Counted from the first letter of the stretch, positions 29,491-39,374 are shown. The stretch is DNA of 61,787 nt from Deltaproteobacteria bacterium (GCA_019237945.1 JAFAOG010000040.1:1-61787), one strand, 5' to 3'. The notes: a model not told the origin generated them from the sequence alone. Numbers and translations are program-made.

Positions 29491-29869
29491 TCACGAGACG
29501 CAGCCCGCTCCACGTCTCGTCGATCGCGCAGACCTTGTTGTCGACGAGCCCGGTCGGTAATGCGACGTCGCGGATCGCCTGCTCGGTCATGTCGGTCGGC
29601 ACGCCCGACGCCTTCTTCGGCCACGCGATCCACAGCCCGGCCGCGTCGGTCATCTTCGGCCGCAGCTCGGCGATCTTCGCAGCGAGCGTGCTGCGCTCGA
29701 CGACGAACGCGACGATCACGTCGTGCTGCTTGCCGATTCGCTTCGCGACCGTCGCGCCGGTCGGCAACATGCCGAGATCGAAGCCCGCCGGCGCCCCGAC
29801 GAGCGCGACGCGGTGCCCTTCCTTGATCCCGAGCTTCTGCGGCAGCGGTGTCCCCGAGTAGCCGGCCAT
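29459..29869 (-). CDS. DUF3052-like protein
   Basis: MAGYSGTPLPQKLGIKEGHRVALVGAP... matches the characteristic DUF3052 N-terminus as I recall it. 136 aa with good codon bias. Confidence 0.8.
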   Translation of the reverse strand: MAGYSGTPLPQKLGIKEGHRVALVGAPAGFDLGMLPTGATVAKRIGKQHDVIVAFVVERSTLAAKIAELRPKMTDAAGLWIAWPKKASGVPTDMTEQAIRDVALPTGLVDNKVCAIDETWSGLRLVIRRELRPSRK

Positions 29870-29884
29870 TTGCTAAGCCTACTC

Positions 29885-30499
29885 GTGCGCCAGCTCGATT
29901 TGTTCGCCGCGGGGGCGGCGCCGGGGTTCGACCCGGCGTTCCGGTCGCTCGTGCGCACGAACCTCGCGCACGGTGCGTGGATCGATCACGTGCCCGGCTG
30001 GGTCCACGGCCACGACGCGCTGTTCGACGAGCTCGAGCGCGAGCTGCCGTGGCGGCGCGAGACGATGAAGATGTACGACAAGGTCGTCGAGGTCCCGCGC
30101 CTGCTGTCGGCGGTGCGCGAGCATCCGCTCGTCGAGCAGATGCGCGACGCGCTGAGCGAACGCTACGGCGAACGCTTCGTCTACATGACGGCGGCGCTCT
30201 ATCGCGACGGCAACGACTCGGTCGCGTTTCACGGCGACACGACCGCGCGCGACATGATCGAGGCGCTCGTCGCGACCGTGTCGCTCGGTGCGCCGCGCCG
30301 CTTCATGCTGCGGCCGACCGAAGGCGGAGAGCACAATAAGATCGCGATGCCGCTCGGCCGCGGCGACCTCGTCGTCATGGGCGGAACCTGCCAGCGCACG
30401 TGGCGGCACGGGATCCCGAAGGTCGCGAGCGCCGGGCCGCGGATCGCGCTGATGTTCAGGCCTGCGTGGGCGAAGAACTACCGGACATCGCTGAGCTAA
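29885..30499 (+). CDS. AlkB-like 2OG-Fe(II) oxygenase
   Basis: GTG start chosen downstream of the divergent gene; the start is uncertain. HxD in VAFHGDTT. GDLVVMGG...RTWRHGIP resembles the AlkB Fe/2OG ligand set. Confidence 0.75.
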   Translation: MRQLDLFAAGAAPGFDPAFRSLVRTNLAHGAWIDHVPGWVHGHDALFDELERELPWRRETMKMYDKVVEVPRLLSAVREHPLVEQMRDALSERYGERFVYMTAALYRDGNDSVAFHGDTTARDMIEALVATVSLGAPRRFMLRPTEGGEHNKIAMPLGRGDLVVMGGTCQRTWRHGIPKVASAGPRIALMFRPAWAKNYRTSLS

Positions 30500-30542
30500 T
30501 ACGATTTCCCGCCGCGGGCGCTACTCCCGCAATAAGATCACG

Positions 30543-31010
30543 ATGATGGGGTACGGGCGCATCGGCTATCACGTCGCCACTCCGCCTGCGGGAGTGGTCG
30601 TCGTCCGCACGGGCGACACGACGCATTGCCGCGAGGAGCAGGCGGGCGCGACGATCGGCGAGGTCGAGATCGTCCCGTTCAAGGCCGCGCTCGTGATCGA
30701 TCGCGACGGCATCCTCGAAGAGAAGGCGCGCCACGCGGTCGTCGACGAGGTCGCGGCGGGCGCCCACGTGCTCGAGCCCGCGCCGGTCGAGCTCGGCGGA
30801 CTCAGCGGCTGGCGGATCGATGCGGAGGTTCGGCGCGGCACGAGCCCGCTGCGCTACGTCCACGTGTTCGCGCTCGCGCCCGATGACCTCGGGATCGATG
30901 GCGGTGTGCTCGTCACGGTGCGCAGCGCGTCGCCCGAGTGGCCGGCCGCCGATCAGATCGTGCACTCGCTGAAGATCTTCGCGGCCGGCCGGAAGATCGC
31001 GAACCGCTAG
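30543..31010 (+). CDS. Hypothetical protein (155 aa)
   Basis: Complete ORF with high G/C third positions. No motif recognised. Confidence 0.55.
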   Translation: MMGYGRIGYHVATPPAGVVVVRTGDTTHCREEQAGATIGEVEIVPFKAALVIDRDGILEEKARHAVVDEVAAGAHVLEPAPVELGGLSGWRIDAEVRRGTSPLRYVHVFALAPDDLGIDGGVLVTVRSASPEWPAADQIVHSLKIFAAGRKIANR

Positions 31011-32251
31011 GCGGTGAAGCGGCTGCGCGCCTCGTCGATCGCGGTGCGCGCGGCGATCCGCAGGCGTGCGAGCTGCGTGAGCTCGTCGGGCGTCGCCTCG
31101 GCCTGGCGCTCCCAGTACTCGTCGAGCCAGCGCAGCGCCGCGAACGGCGACGCGATGACGACCGCGGCCGCACCGAGCGAGAGCGGCGGCGGCAGCACGA
31201 CGAGCGAGAGCCCGACGAGCCCGGCCGCCCATAGCGGATAGACGAGCAGCGCGGTGCCGAGCTTCACCGTCGAGACGGCATCGGGATCGTGCGAGCGCGC
31301 GACCATGCGCGGGATGAAGTACGGGATCGCGTAGAGCGCGATGCCGGAGACGGCGAGCGGAGCGAGGGCGAGGCGCTGCCACGCCGGCTGCGGCGTGCGG
31401 TCGGGCTGGCGATCGCGGCGGCCGAGCCGATCGAGCTCGGCGTAGTACGCGCCGACGTGCTCGCGGATCTTCGCGACGAGCACGGGGTCCGCCTCGCGCA
31501 GCGTCTTGCCGGCGAGCTCGACCTGGCGCCCGAGCGAGCTCCACGCGGCCATCGAGCCGTCGCCCGCGTCGTTCGCGAGCATCTCGGCAATGCGCGCGAT
31601 CAGCATCTTGTCCTCGTGCGTCGTCGCGTCGACGAGCAGGTCCTCGAGGTCGGCCTTCATCTGCGCCGTGATCGCGACGATCCGCTCCTCGCCGGTGCCC
31701 GTCAGGTCGGCGAGCCGCCGCACGGGGCCCCACACGACGAGGCAGCGCGACCGGAACTGCTCGCGGTCGTCGAACTCGAGCGCGACGGCCTGGAACGTCG
31801 GCGGCGTCCGCGCGGCGCCCTCGGCCGCGATCAGCATGCGCGCGGCTCCGGTCTTCAAGGGCGCGAGCGTCGGCTCGGAGTGGCTCGTGCCCTCGGGAAA
31901 GATCAGGATGTTGCCGCCGTCGGCGAGGTGCGACGCGATCTTCGCGAACATCGCCGTGTTCGAGGACGCGTCCTTGTCGGGCGAGTCCTTGCGGCGAACG
32001 ATCGGCACCGCGCCGGCGCGATCGAGGAGCCACGCGAGCCCCGGGATGTTCCACAGCGTCGACTTCGCGATCGGCGAGATCTCGCACGCCGCGTCGGTCA
32101 GCACGAGGATCGGGTCGATCAGCGCGTTGTGGTGATTCGACACGAACACCCGGCCCCGCGTATCGGGACCGGGCGGCTCGCCGATGCGCTCGACGCGCCG
32201 GAAGTAGAGGCGAATCAACCGCCGGAACGTTCCGAGAAGCGCGTCACGCAC
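31007..32251 (-). CDS. Lysophospholipid (1-acyl-sn-glycerol-3-phosphate) acyltransferase family protein with a C-terminal membrane extension
   Basis: GTG start. HX4D motif FVSNHHNALID. FPEGTSH motif. Hydrophobic C-terminal segments. Confidence 0.85.
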   Translation of the reverse strand: MRDALLGTFRRLIRLYFRRVERIGEPPGPDTRGRVFVSNHHNALIDPILVLTDAACEISPIAKSTLWNIPGLAWLLDRAGAVPIVRRKDSPDKDASSNTAMFAKIASHLADGGNILIFPEGTSHSEPTLAPLKTGAARMLIAAEGAARTPPTFQAVALEFDDREQFRSRCLVVWGPVRRLADLTGTGEERIVAITAQMKADLEDLLVDATTHEDKMLIARIAEMLANDAGDGSMAAWSSLGRQVELAGKTLREADPVLVAKIREHVGAYYAELDRLGRRDRQPDRTPQPAWQRLALAPLAVSGIALYAIPYFIPRMVARSHDPDAVSTVKLGTALLVYPLWAAGLVGLSLVVLPPPLSLGAAAVVIASPFAALRWLDEYWERQAEATPDELTQLARLRIAARTAIDEARSRFTA

Positions 32252-32260
32252 ATCGCGATG

Positions 32261-32854
32261 TCACCACATCAGGCTGCCGCCGGTCCACACGGTCATCGGC
32301 GTGACGGTGTGATCGACGCGATCCGGAGCACCGTGCTCGTCACAGAACCAGCGCTCGCCCTCGGTATCCTCGCGGACCGCCGCGCAGGCCGCGCACACCG
32401 GCGTGGTGTCGGCGTCCTGGGGCATGCCGACGACGAGCGTCGGGCACGTGGCGGCGTTGAGCACGCGGTTCGGCACCGTCTTGTACTTCTCGCGCGGGTT
32501 GTGCAGGCCGAATTGACCGATGACGATCAGGTCCGCGCGGATGTCGGCGGCGAGCATCGCGATCTGCTCGTCGGGCTTGCCCGTGCGCACGTGAAGGCGC
32601 GCACGCCACTCGGTGCCGTACTGGTTGAACGTCTGCAGCGCCGGATACACGGCCGACGCGAGCCGCTGCTTCAGCTCGTCACTCGACTGCTTCCGACTCT
32701 CCTTGACGTAGAGGAAGTGCAGCTCGGGGTACTGGTGCCGCGCCGCCTGATCGAGCGCGTGCTCGACCACGATCTCCGAGTACTCGGAGAGGTCGACACC
32801 GACCACGATGCGAAAACGTCGCGGGCGTACGGGAACTTCCGGGTGGCGAATCAT
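32261..32854 (-). CDS. Universal stress protein-like protein with a C-terminal Cys-rich tail
   Basis: Met37 of ORF 32261..32962. RIVVGVDLSEYSE and DLIVIGQFGLHN... are USP-like. Tail is PVCAAC...FCDEH. Confidence 0.75.
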   Translation of the reverse strand: MIRHPEVPVRPRRFRIVVGVDLSEYSEIVVEHALDQAARHQYPELHFLYVKESRKQSSDELKQRLASAVYPALQTFNQYGTEWRARLHVRTGKPDEQIAMLAADIRADLIVIGQFGLHNPREKYKTVPNRVLNAATCPTLVVGMPQDADTTPVCAACAAVREDTEGERWFCDEHGAPDRVDHTVTPMTVWTGGSLMW

Positions 32855-32879
32855 GATGTCCCACGTTGTTGCAGCCGTC

Positions 32880-33734
32880 ATGCCCAGCGGCGGAGGGCGC
32901 GAGCGCACGGTGCGCGCATCGGTTGAGGAGAGCCGCGATGCCGTGCAACTCTTCGCACCCATGGGGCGAGATACGCGAGAGGCCGCGGGCGAGCTGCGCT
33001 CCGTTGCCCCGCTCGTCGTGATCGGGAGTCCGCATCAGCTGGTGGGGCCGTGCACGCTCGTCACGAATGGCGCCCGGACGGTCGCATTTTCGAGCGCCGA
33101 GCTGCTGCGTCAGGCGGGTGAGCCGCTCGGCATCGCCGTGACAAATGACGGCAGCAAGGTCGTGCGCGTCGCATCGTGGATGATGGGCCGCCTCCCGGGC
33201 ATCGGCATCATCGAGCTCGCGGAGCCGCTGCCGCGGGGCATCGACATCGTGCCGCTGCAGCTCGGCGCCGTGATGGCGACGGTCGACACGCGCGGCATGC
33301 CAGCCGGCATCGTCACCGTCGCGCCGCACGGCTCGGCGTTCGAGCGCCGCGTGATCCCGGTCCACGTCGACATGCTCGACGGCAACGGCATGAGCGACGA
33401 GATCACGCGCCTCGCGACCCCCGACGATGCCGCCGACAACGGCGCTTCGATCGACGGCGCGGCGCTGTTCGCGTGGTTCGCGGCCGATCCGGTGCTCGGT
33501 CGCGAGAGCGAGGTCGTCGCGGTCGCGCTCGCGATCCCGTACCGGGCGCAGCTCTACAAGCCGCGCGCGAATCCGCCCGTTGCCGAGCTGATCGGCCTCG
33601 AGGACCTCGGGCGCGCGCTGCCGTGGGCCGCCGAGAAGCAAGAAGGCAGCAACGACCTCAGCCAGGTCGCGGGCGAGATCCGCGAGGTTCCGGTCGCGAA
33701 CGATCCGCTCGCGGGGCTCGACTCCGACGAGTGA
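32880..33734 (+). CDS. Hypothetical protein (possibly a degenerate trypsin-fold domain); start uncertain (32880 or 32961)
   Basis: ORF 32808..33734 trimmed so it does not overlap the divergent start at 32854. GIGIIELAEPLP resembles the trypsin-like DIALLKL region, but I saw no catalytic triad. The stop overlaps the next start (TGATG). Confidence 0.55.
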   Translation: MPSGGGRERTVRASVEESRDAVQLFAPMGRDTREAAGELRSVAPLVVIGSPHQLVGPCTLVTNGARTVAFSSAELLRQAGEPLGIAVTNDGSKVVRVASWMMGRLPGIGIIELAEPLPRGIDIVPLQLGAVMATVDTRGMPAGIVTVAPHGSAFERRVIPVHVDMLDGNGMSDEITRLATPDDAADNGASIDGAALFAWFAADPVLGRESEVVAVALAIPYRAQLYKPRANPPVAELIGLEDLGRALPWAAEKQEGSNDLSQVAGEIREVPVANDPLAGLDSDE

Positions 33735-35653
33735 TGTTACGATGCCGTGCGATGGGGCGTTCCATCGTGCTTGTGTTGTTGCTCGCGCACGCCGCGCGCG
33801 CCGACGAGATCCCGATCGTCACGCTGTCGGATGTCGGCGCAAACCAGGACGTACCGGTTCACCGGTCGTTCTTCATCGCGGGCGATGCGCCCTCGGGCGT
33901 GCAGAGCGTGCAGGCGCTCGTCGTGCGCAAGGGCTCGCCGGGGATGTTCGGCGACGATGGCGGCGACTGCCGCAGCGTGATCGCGGACCTGCGCGTCGAG
34001 TCCGTGATCGAATCGGGCGGCGACGACGACGACGACACGCCGGGCGACGACGACGCACAGGCGGTCGTCAAGTATCCCGCGGGCGTGCACGAGGCGTTCG
34101 AGCTATTCCCGCGCGCGTCGGGCAGCCGCGATTCCGCCGTGCTCGTCACCGCGCCGTGGAAGCGCAGCTCGCCCGAAGCGCGCGACTACAAGGTGTTCGT
34201 GCCGCACGACGCCGACTTCTTCGCGCCGGGCTACGGCTATTGCCTCGCGATCGTGACGACGGAACGCGCGCAGGCGCTCGACGACGCGACGCTCGCGGAG
34301 ATGGTCGATACGGTCGCGCACAAGCTCGTCGCGTGCGGGGACAAGTCGTCGTGCGACGACGATGCGCTCGCCGATCACGAGGCGCGCGCGGCGAAGACGC
34401 TGCCGAAGCAGGTCGCCGCGCACATGAAGGACATCGCGCGCGCGGAGCTCGCGGGGACGACCAGCCTCATCGAGGCGCTCGATCACCTGCGCGAGCGCTG
34501 GCACGACAAGACCGCCGTCCTCGCGCCGGGCTCCGGCACGGTGTGGGGCGCGACCGCGTCGGATCCGTTTGCGGGCGCCGTCGCGACGATGCTGTCGCGC
34601 AACGCGGGGCTGTTGCCGCAGGTGCGAGGCAAGGAGGTCGCGCTGTTCACGACCGACGGCAAGCTCGAGGTCCGCACGCTGCAGCTGCTCGACGACGGGC
34701 GCTCGATCCGTGTCGCGCCATCGGCCTCGCCGGCCGCCGCGCGCGTGCTGACCGCGACGACCGACACGCTCGCCGTCACCGACGGCATCACGCTGTTCGA
34801 TCTGATCCAGCTCGGCCAGGGCAAGCTGCGCGTCGACAAGGAGTGGACGACGCTCTCCGCGCTCGGCGACAAGGCCGCCGCCGTCGGCAGCGAGAGCTGG
34901 AGCACCGAGGATGCCGCGTACCTCGCATCGGCGAACGAGCACCTGCGGCGGCTCGCGAACTTCGTCGACAACGTGACGACCGGCGCGTCGTGCACCGGCT
35001 CGCCGCAAGAAGGCGATGTCGTGCGCAAGCTGCTCGGTCAGTGGCTCGTGTGCCAGCACGTCGATGCGGGCGCGCTCGAGGCGCTCGTCGAGCAGCTCGA
35101 CGAATTGCAGGGCGCCGACGCCGCGTGGAAGGCGGCGAAGGACAAGGTGCTCGCGCGCGACAAGGCCCTCGTCACGCTGACGACGACGAGCGTGATCGAT
35201 GCTCGCGCCGAGCGCGCGCCGCGCACGTGGCTGTTCAGCTACGTCACGCCGGTCGCGGGGTATGCCGGCATCCTGCGTCCCGACGAGTCGTTCGGGCTGT
35301 TCTACCTCGGCGCCGAGATTCACCTCGCGCCGAACCCGGTCGACGAGATCCAGTGGAAGCGCGGCTCACAGGATCTGCTGCGCGCGATCGCGCTCGAGCT
35401 GGCCATCGCGCCGTACGGCGGCTCGTTCGGCCCGGAGCATCGCTACGGCGGGCTCGGTGCGCTGCCGCCCGTGTTCGTCGGTGTCGCGTTCCACGCGATT
35501 CCCTACACGAGCGTCACCGTCGGTGGCGCGTTTCTCGAGCGGCGCAACTCGACGATCCCCGAGGAGCGCACGCACACGACGTTCGCGCCGTACGTCGGGC
35601 TCGCGCTGCAGCTCAACCTGCCGGACCTGCTTTACCAGGCGGTGACGCGATGA
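33734..35653 (+). CDS. Secreted hypothetical protein (about 639 aa) with a strand-rich C-terminal region
   Basis: Tail of ORF 33176..35653. Signal peptide MGRSIVLVLLLAHAARA (an alternative ATG lies at 33752). Acidic D-run. The last ~150 aa have an alternating pattern (FGLFYLGAEIHLAPN, FAPYVGLALQLNL). Confidence 0.7.
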   Translation: MLRCRAMGRSIVLVLLLAHAARADEIPIVTLSDVGANQDVPVHRSFFIAGDAPSGVQSVQALVVRKGSPGMFGDDGGDCRSVIADLRVESVIESGGDDDDDTPGDDDAQAVVKYPAGVHEAFELFPRASGSRDSAVLVTAPWKRSSPEARDYKVFVPHDADFFAPGYGYCLAIVTTERAQALDDATLAEMVDTVAHKLVACGDKSSCDDDALADHEARAAKTLPKQVAAHMKDIARAELAGTTSLIEALDHLRERWHDKTAVLAPGSGTVWGATASDPFAGAVATMLSRNAGLLPQVRGKEVALFTTDGKLEVRTLQLLDDGRSIRVAPSASPAAARVLTATTDTLAVTDGITLFDLIQLGQGKLRVDKEWTTLSALGDKAAAVGSESWSTEDAAYLASANEHLRRLANFVDNVTTGASCTGSPQEGDVVRKLLGQWLVCQHVDAGALEALVEQLDELQGADAAWKAAKDKVLARDKALVTLTTTSVIDARAERAPRTWLFSYVTPVAGYAGILRPDESFGLFYLGAEIHLAPNPVDEIQWKRGSQDLLRAIALELAIAPYGGSFGPEHRYGGLGALPPVFVGVAFHAIPYTSVTVGGAFLERRNSTIPEERTHTTFAPYVGLALQLNLPDLLYQAVTR

Positions 35654-36681
35654 AGCGCCTCGGCTTGTTGTTGCTGCCGCTGTGCGCGTGCGAAGGCCTG
35701 ACCACGCCGCCGGCGCCCGCGCTGTCGGTGCTCAAGCGCATGCCGGAAGGCTGCTTCGCGGTCGCGACGCCCGAGTCGCCGCCGGCCGACGCACTACAGC
35801 TGTTCGGCACGTGCACGTACCAGGCGGATCCGACGCTGATGGCGAACGTCGACGAGGCGGTCGTCGTCGTCGATTACGGTCCCGACGTCGAGTTCGATAC
35901 GACCGCCGACGTGCCGCCGCCGACGCTGACGGTCACGATCGACGGCGCACCGGCCGACGTGCCGATCCGCATCGGCACCGTGCAACGCGTCGGCTCGCGC
36001 GCGTACTTCGAGGCGACGCTGCGCGCCCCGGCGCAGCTCACGAACGATCTGCGGATCCGCGCGCAGGTCAACGCGGGCTTCGCGACCGAGCTCGCGCAGC
36101 CGTTCGCGGTCGTCGCGCCGCCGGTCGGCCTGTCGCTGTTCGAGTGCCCCGATGCGGCGAGCTGCGAATTGACGGCCGCGGTCGGCGAGGCGCACCTGGT
36201 CGTGTCGATCCCCGGCGATCAGCCGCAGCAGGTCACGGTGCGGCAGTCGCTCGGCGGCGTCGATGATCCGCATGTGATCGATGCGACGATCACGCCGCCG
36301 TCGTCGACGGTCGCGCTCCCCGTGCCGACCGCCCCCGACGGCACGACATGGACGATCTCGGCGTCGCTGCTCGGCGGGACGCCGCCGTCGGTGACCGCGA
36401 TCCTGCGAGCCCCTCTGATCACGACGCAGCTGTCGTGCGCGCCGAGCTGCGCACTGACGACCGGGCAGCAGGTCGGCCTGCACATCTTCGCGCCCGCCGG
36501 TATCCACGCGACGCAGGCGTTCGTGACGACCCGCCTGAACGGCGTGCCTCAGCTCGTCGGCGAGCCGGTCGCGCTCGATCCGGGCCTCGTCGCGCTCACG
36601 GTTCCCGGTCGCGGCACCTGGACGATCGACGTGTCGGTCGCCGGCTACTCGGCGCCCACGATCGTGCAGAACATCCCCTGA
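35650..36681 (+). CDS. Lipoprotein, hypothetical (343 aa)
   Basis: ATGA overlap with the upstream gene. Lipobox LLLPLCAC. Pro/Thr-rich Ig-like strand pattern. Confidence 0.7.
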   Translation: MKRLGLLLLPLCACEGLTTPPAPALSVLKRMPEGCFAVATPESPPADALQLFGTCTYQADPTLMANVDEAVVVVDYGPDVEFDTTADVPPPTLTVTIDGAPADVPIRIGTVQRVGSRAYFEATLRAPAQLTNDLRIRAQVNAGFATELAQPFAVVAPPVGLSLFECPDAASCELTAAVGEAHLVVSIPGDQPQQVTVRQSLGGVDDPHVIDATITPPSSTVALPVPTAPDGTTWTISASLLGGTPPSVTAILRAPLITTQLSCAPSCALTTGQQVGLHIFAPAGIHATQAFVTTRLNGVPQLVGEPVALDPGLVALTVPGRGTWTIDVSVAGYSAPTIVQNIP

Positions 36682-36702
36682 CCTGCTACACGACCCGCCG
36701 GG

Positions 36703-37458
36703 ATGAAGGTCGCGACCTGGAACGTCAACGGGATCCGTGCGCGATCCTCGCAGGTCGCTCACTGGATCGACGGCGAGACGCCCGACGTCATCTGCTTGCA
36801 GGAGACCAAGGCGCCGCTCGACAAGGTGCCCGAGCCGCTCGCGTCGATCGCGGGCTACCACGCGCACTGGCACGGCAGCGGCGGCTACTCCGGCGTCGCG
36901 CTGCTGCTGCGCGAGGCGACGTTCGGCAGCGCGCCCGCGTTCGTGCATCCGCCGTTCGACCTCGAGAACCGGATCGTCGTCGCGGAGGTCGGCTCGACGG
37001 TGTTCGGCTCGGTCTACATCCCGAACGGCGGGAAGGACTTCGCGGCGAAGATGGTGTTCCTGCGCGAGCTCGACGCGTGGGCGGGTGCGCTCGAAGCGGC
37101 GGGCAAGCACCTCGTGCTGTGCGGTGACTTCAACGTCGCGCGCACACCCGTCGATGTTCACCCCGTTCTGCGCAAGAACATGGTCGGGCAGAGCACGCAG
37201 GAGCGCGAGCTGATCGAGCAGCTGTTCTCGCACGGGCTCGTCGACGTCGGTCGCCACTGCGATCCCGACAACGATCGGTTGTTCACGTGGTGGGCGCCGT
37301 GGCGGAACATGCGGCAGCGCAACATCGGGTGGCGACTCGATTACATCGCGGCGCACCACGCGCTCGTCGACGGCACGACGACGTGCAAGAGCCATCGCGA
37401 GGTCGGCACGAGCGATCACGCGCCGGTGATCGCGCACCTTCGCGATACGCCGCTCTAG
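36703..37458 (+). CDS. xth: Exodeoxyribonuclease III
   Basis: MKVATWNVNGIRAR...DVICLQETKA, GDFNVA and SDHAPV are canonical ExoIII/EEP motifs. Confidence 0.95.
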   Translation: MKVATWNVNGIRARSSQVAHWIDGETPDVICLQETKAPLDKVPEPLASIAGYHAHWHGSGGYSGVALLLREATFGSAPAFVHPPFDLENRIVVAEVGSTVFGSVYIPNGGKDFAAKMVFLRELDAWAGALEAAGKHLVLCGDFNVARTPVDVHPVLRKNMVGQSTQERELIEQLFSHGLVDVGRHCDPDNDRLFTWWAPWRNMRQRNIGWRLDYIAAHHALVDGTTTCKSHREVGTSDHAPVIAHLRDTPL

Positions 37459-37799
37459 CGACGCGCGCGCGTGCTCGTCGCCTTGTTGCGCGCGGCCGTG
37501 CGATTGCGGGCGGCGGTCGGATTGCGGCGCTTGATGCCCTTGCCGCGCGGCGACGGCTCGTTGATGCGCGACGCGCCCTTGTCCTTGCGGCCGACGTGCT
37601 TGCCCATGCCGACGCGCTCGTCCGCGGCTTCGGTTGCCGATGCGCGACGCTTGCTGCTCGCGCGGCCGCCACCGACCACGCGATCCATGTCGTGCGCCGG
37701 ATGATCGTGCCATCCCTGGCCGTGCATCCGCGGACCGCCACCAGAGCGACGTTCATCGCGGTAGCGCTCGGTTCCTGGCTTCGCTTTGGCTCGCGTCAT
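37455..37799 (-). CDS. Small basic, low-complexity hypothetical protein (114 aa)
   Basis: Met30 of ORF 37455..37886, preceded by a strong AGGAGG about 8 nt upstream. Arg/Lys/Gly-rich with acceptable codon bias. Confidence 0.55.
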   Translation of the reverse strand: MTRAKAKPGTERYRDERRSGGGPRMHGQGWHDHPAHDMDRVVGGGRASSKRRASATEAADERVGMGKHVGRKDKGASRINEPSPRGKGIKRRNPTAARNRTAARNKATSTRARR

Positions 37800-37970
37800 C
37801 TGGGAAATCCTCCTGTGGAAGGAGGCTGCAACCGATGTGCCCCGGCGGGCTTGGCGCAACTCGTCATCGTTTGGGTGCAACTGCAACGAGTTGGTGAAAA
37901 TCTAGTACAGACGCATACTTGCGTGACTGCACCACGCCGTTTATCACCATGGGCGAGGAGATAACTGAAA

Positions 37971-38282
37971 ATGAAGAAGTTCATCCTGCTGGCTGCTCTC
38001 GTCTCGGCGTTCACGGTTGCGGGCTGCAAGAAGAAGAAGGCGGATGACACCGCCGGCAGCGGCGACATGGGCTCGGCTGCCATGACGACCACGACCACCA
38101 CCACGACGACGACGGGCTCCGGCTCGGCGACCGTCACGGCGACGGTCACTGGTTCCGGCGACACCGGCTCGGCCGCGGTTGCGGGCAGCGCGTCGGGTGG
38201 CTCGGGCGCGGGCAGCGCGACGGCGACCACGACCACGACGACCACGACGACGACCGGCTCCGCGGCCGGCTCGGCGAAGTAG
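37971..38282 (+). CDS. Low-complexity lipoprotein with poly-Thr runs
   Basis: GAGGAG upstream. Lipobox FTVAGC followed by KKKK. Two runs of about 10 Thr separated by a Gly/Ser/Ala-rich segment. Confidence 0.65.
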   Translation: MKKFILLAALVSAFTVAGCKKKKADDTAGSGDMGSAAMTTTTTTTTTTGSGSATVTATVTGSGDTGSAAVAGSASGGSGAGSATATTTTTTTTTTGSAAGSAK

Positions 38283-38286
38283 TCGG

Positions 38287-38309
38287 GCTGCGCTCGAAGC
38301 GAGCGCGGC
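38287..38309. terminator. Short GC hairpin filling a 27-nt convergent gap
   Basis: GCTGCGCTCG-AAG-CGAGCGCGGC: a 10-bp stem with one G-U pair and a 3-nt loop. No U-tract. Confidence 0.3.
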
Positions 38310-39002
38310 TTACGCAGCGAGCGCGCGGCTGACGGTCACGAGATCGTAGCCGCGTGCGCGCAGCGCCGGAACGATCTGGCGCACGGCGGCGACGGTGATC
38401 TCACCGCCGTCCCGGGCGTCGTGCATCAGGATGATGCTGCCGGGGCGCGTTCTCTCGAGGACGCGCTCGGCGACGTCGTTGGCAGGCTTGCCCTTCCAGT
38501 CGAAGCTGTTGACGTCCCACAAGACGGTGCGCTTGCCGGCGCGCTGAAATGCGCGAACGTTGCGCGGCGAGCGTCCGCCGTACGGCGGGCGTGCGAGCGT
38601 CGGCGTGATCCCGCATGCGCGTTCGATCGCGCCGTCGGTCGCGAGCAGCTCGGCGCGCACGGTCTTCGATCGCTTCAGCGGCAGGTACGGATGCGAGTAG
38701 GTGTGGTTGCCGATCTCGTGGCCTTCGCGCGCGATGCGAGCGGCGAGCTCGGGATTTTCGTCGACCTTCTGGCCGAGCAGGAAGAACGTCGCCTTGACGT
38801 CGAGCGCGCGCAGCGTGTCGAGCAGCTCTGGCGTGCGGGCTGGATCGGGGCCGTCGTCGAACGTCAGCGCGACGACGCGGCGATCGCGCGACGCGTGCGA
38901 GTCGGTCTGCATCGCCCAGTCGACGGGACCTTCGACGCCGCCGTAACAGAACAGGTAGGCAAAGCCGACCGAACCGAGCGGCGCGAGCAGCAATGGCAGC
39001 AT
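38310..39002 (-). CDS. Polysaccharide deacetylase (NodB homology) family protein
   Basis: VALTFDDGPDP, HEIGNHTYSHP and LMHD, the NodB motifs. Confidence 0.9.
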   Translation of the reverse strand: MLPLLLAPLGSVGFAYLFCYGGVEGPVDWAMQTDSHASRDRRVVALTFDDGPDPARTPELLDTLRALDVKATFFLLGQKVDENPELAARIAREGHEIGNHTYSHPYLPLKRSKTVRAELLATDGAIERACGITPTLARPPYGGRSPRNVRAFQRAGKRTVLWDVNSFDWKGKPANDVAERVLERTRPGSIILMHDARDGGEITVAAVRQIVPALRARGYDLVTVSRALAA

Positions 39003-39092
39003 GGCGGAGGGTTGTGCACCCGCGATGCCCGACGGAGTTCCGGGCAGTTAGCGTGCGATCTGTCAAAGGCTCGACGGTGATACCGTTGACGA

Positions 39093-39374
39093 ATGGACCT
39101 CCAGAAACAGGTCGAGAATCCGGGGAATGGAAACGAGGCCGAGCTCGCTGCGCTGAAGAAGCAGATCGACTTCATGCAGGGGCTCTATCTGGTGCTGTTC
39201 ATCACGAGCCTCGTCGTGCTCGTCATCAACTGGCAGGGCAACCAGCCGAGCTACATGCACCTGATCTGGGCCGGCTCGCTCGGCGGGGCGGTGATCACGC
39301 GGCTGACGCGGCAGAGCAAGGTCGCGAAGTACAACTCGCTGCTGCTCGGCGGACGCCCGGGCCCGCTTACCTAG
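39093..39374 (+). CDS. Small membrane protein (93 aa)
   Basis: High G/C third positions. Two hydrophobic helices (LYLVLFITSLVVLVI, LIWAGSLGGAVI). Confidence 0.6.
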   Translation: MDLQKQVENPGNGNEAELAALKKQIDFMQGLYLVLFITSLVVLVINWQGNQPSYMHLIWAGSLGGAVITRLTRQSKVAKYNSLLLGGRPGPLT

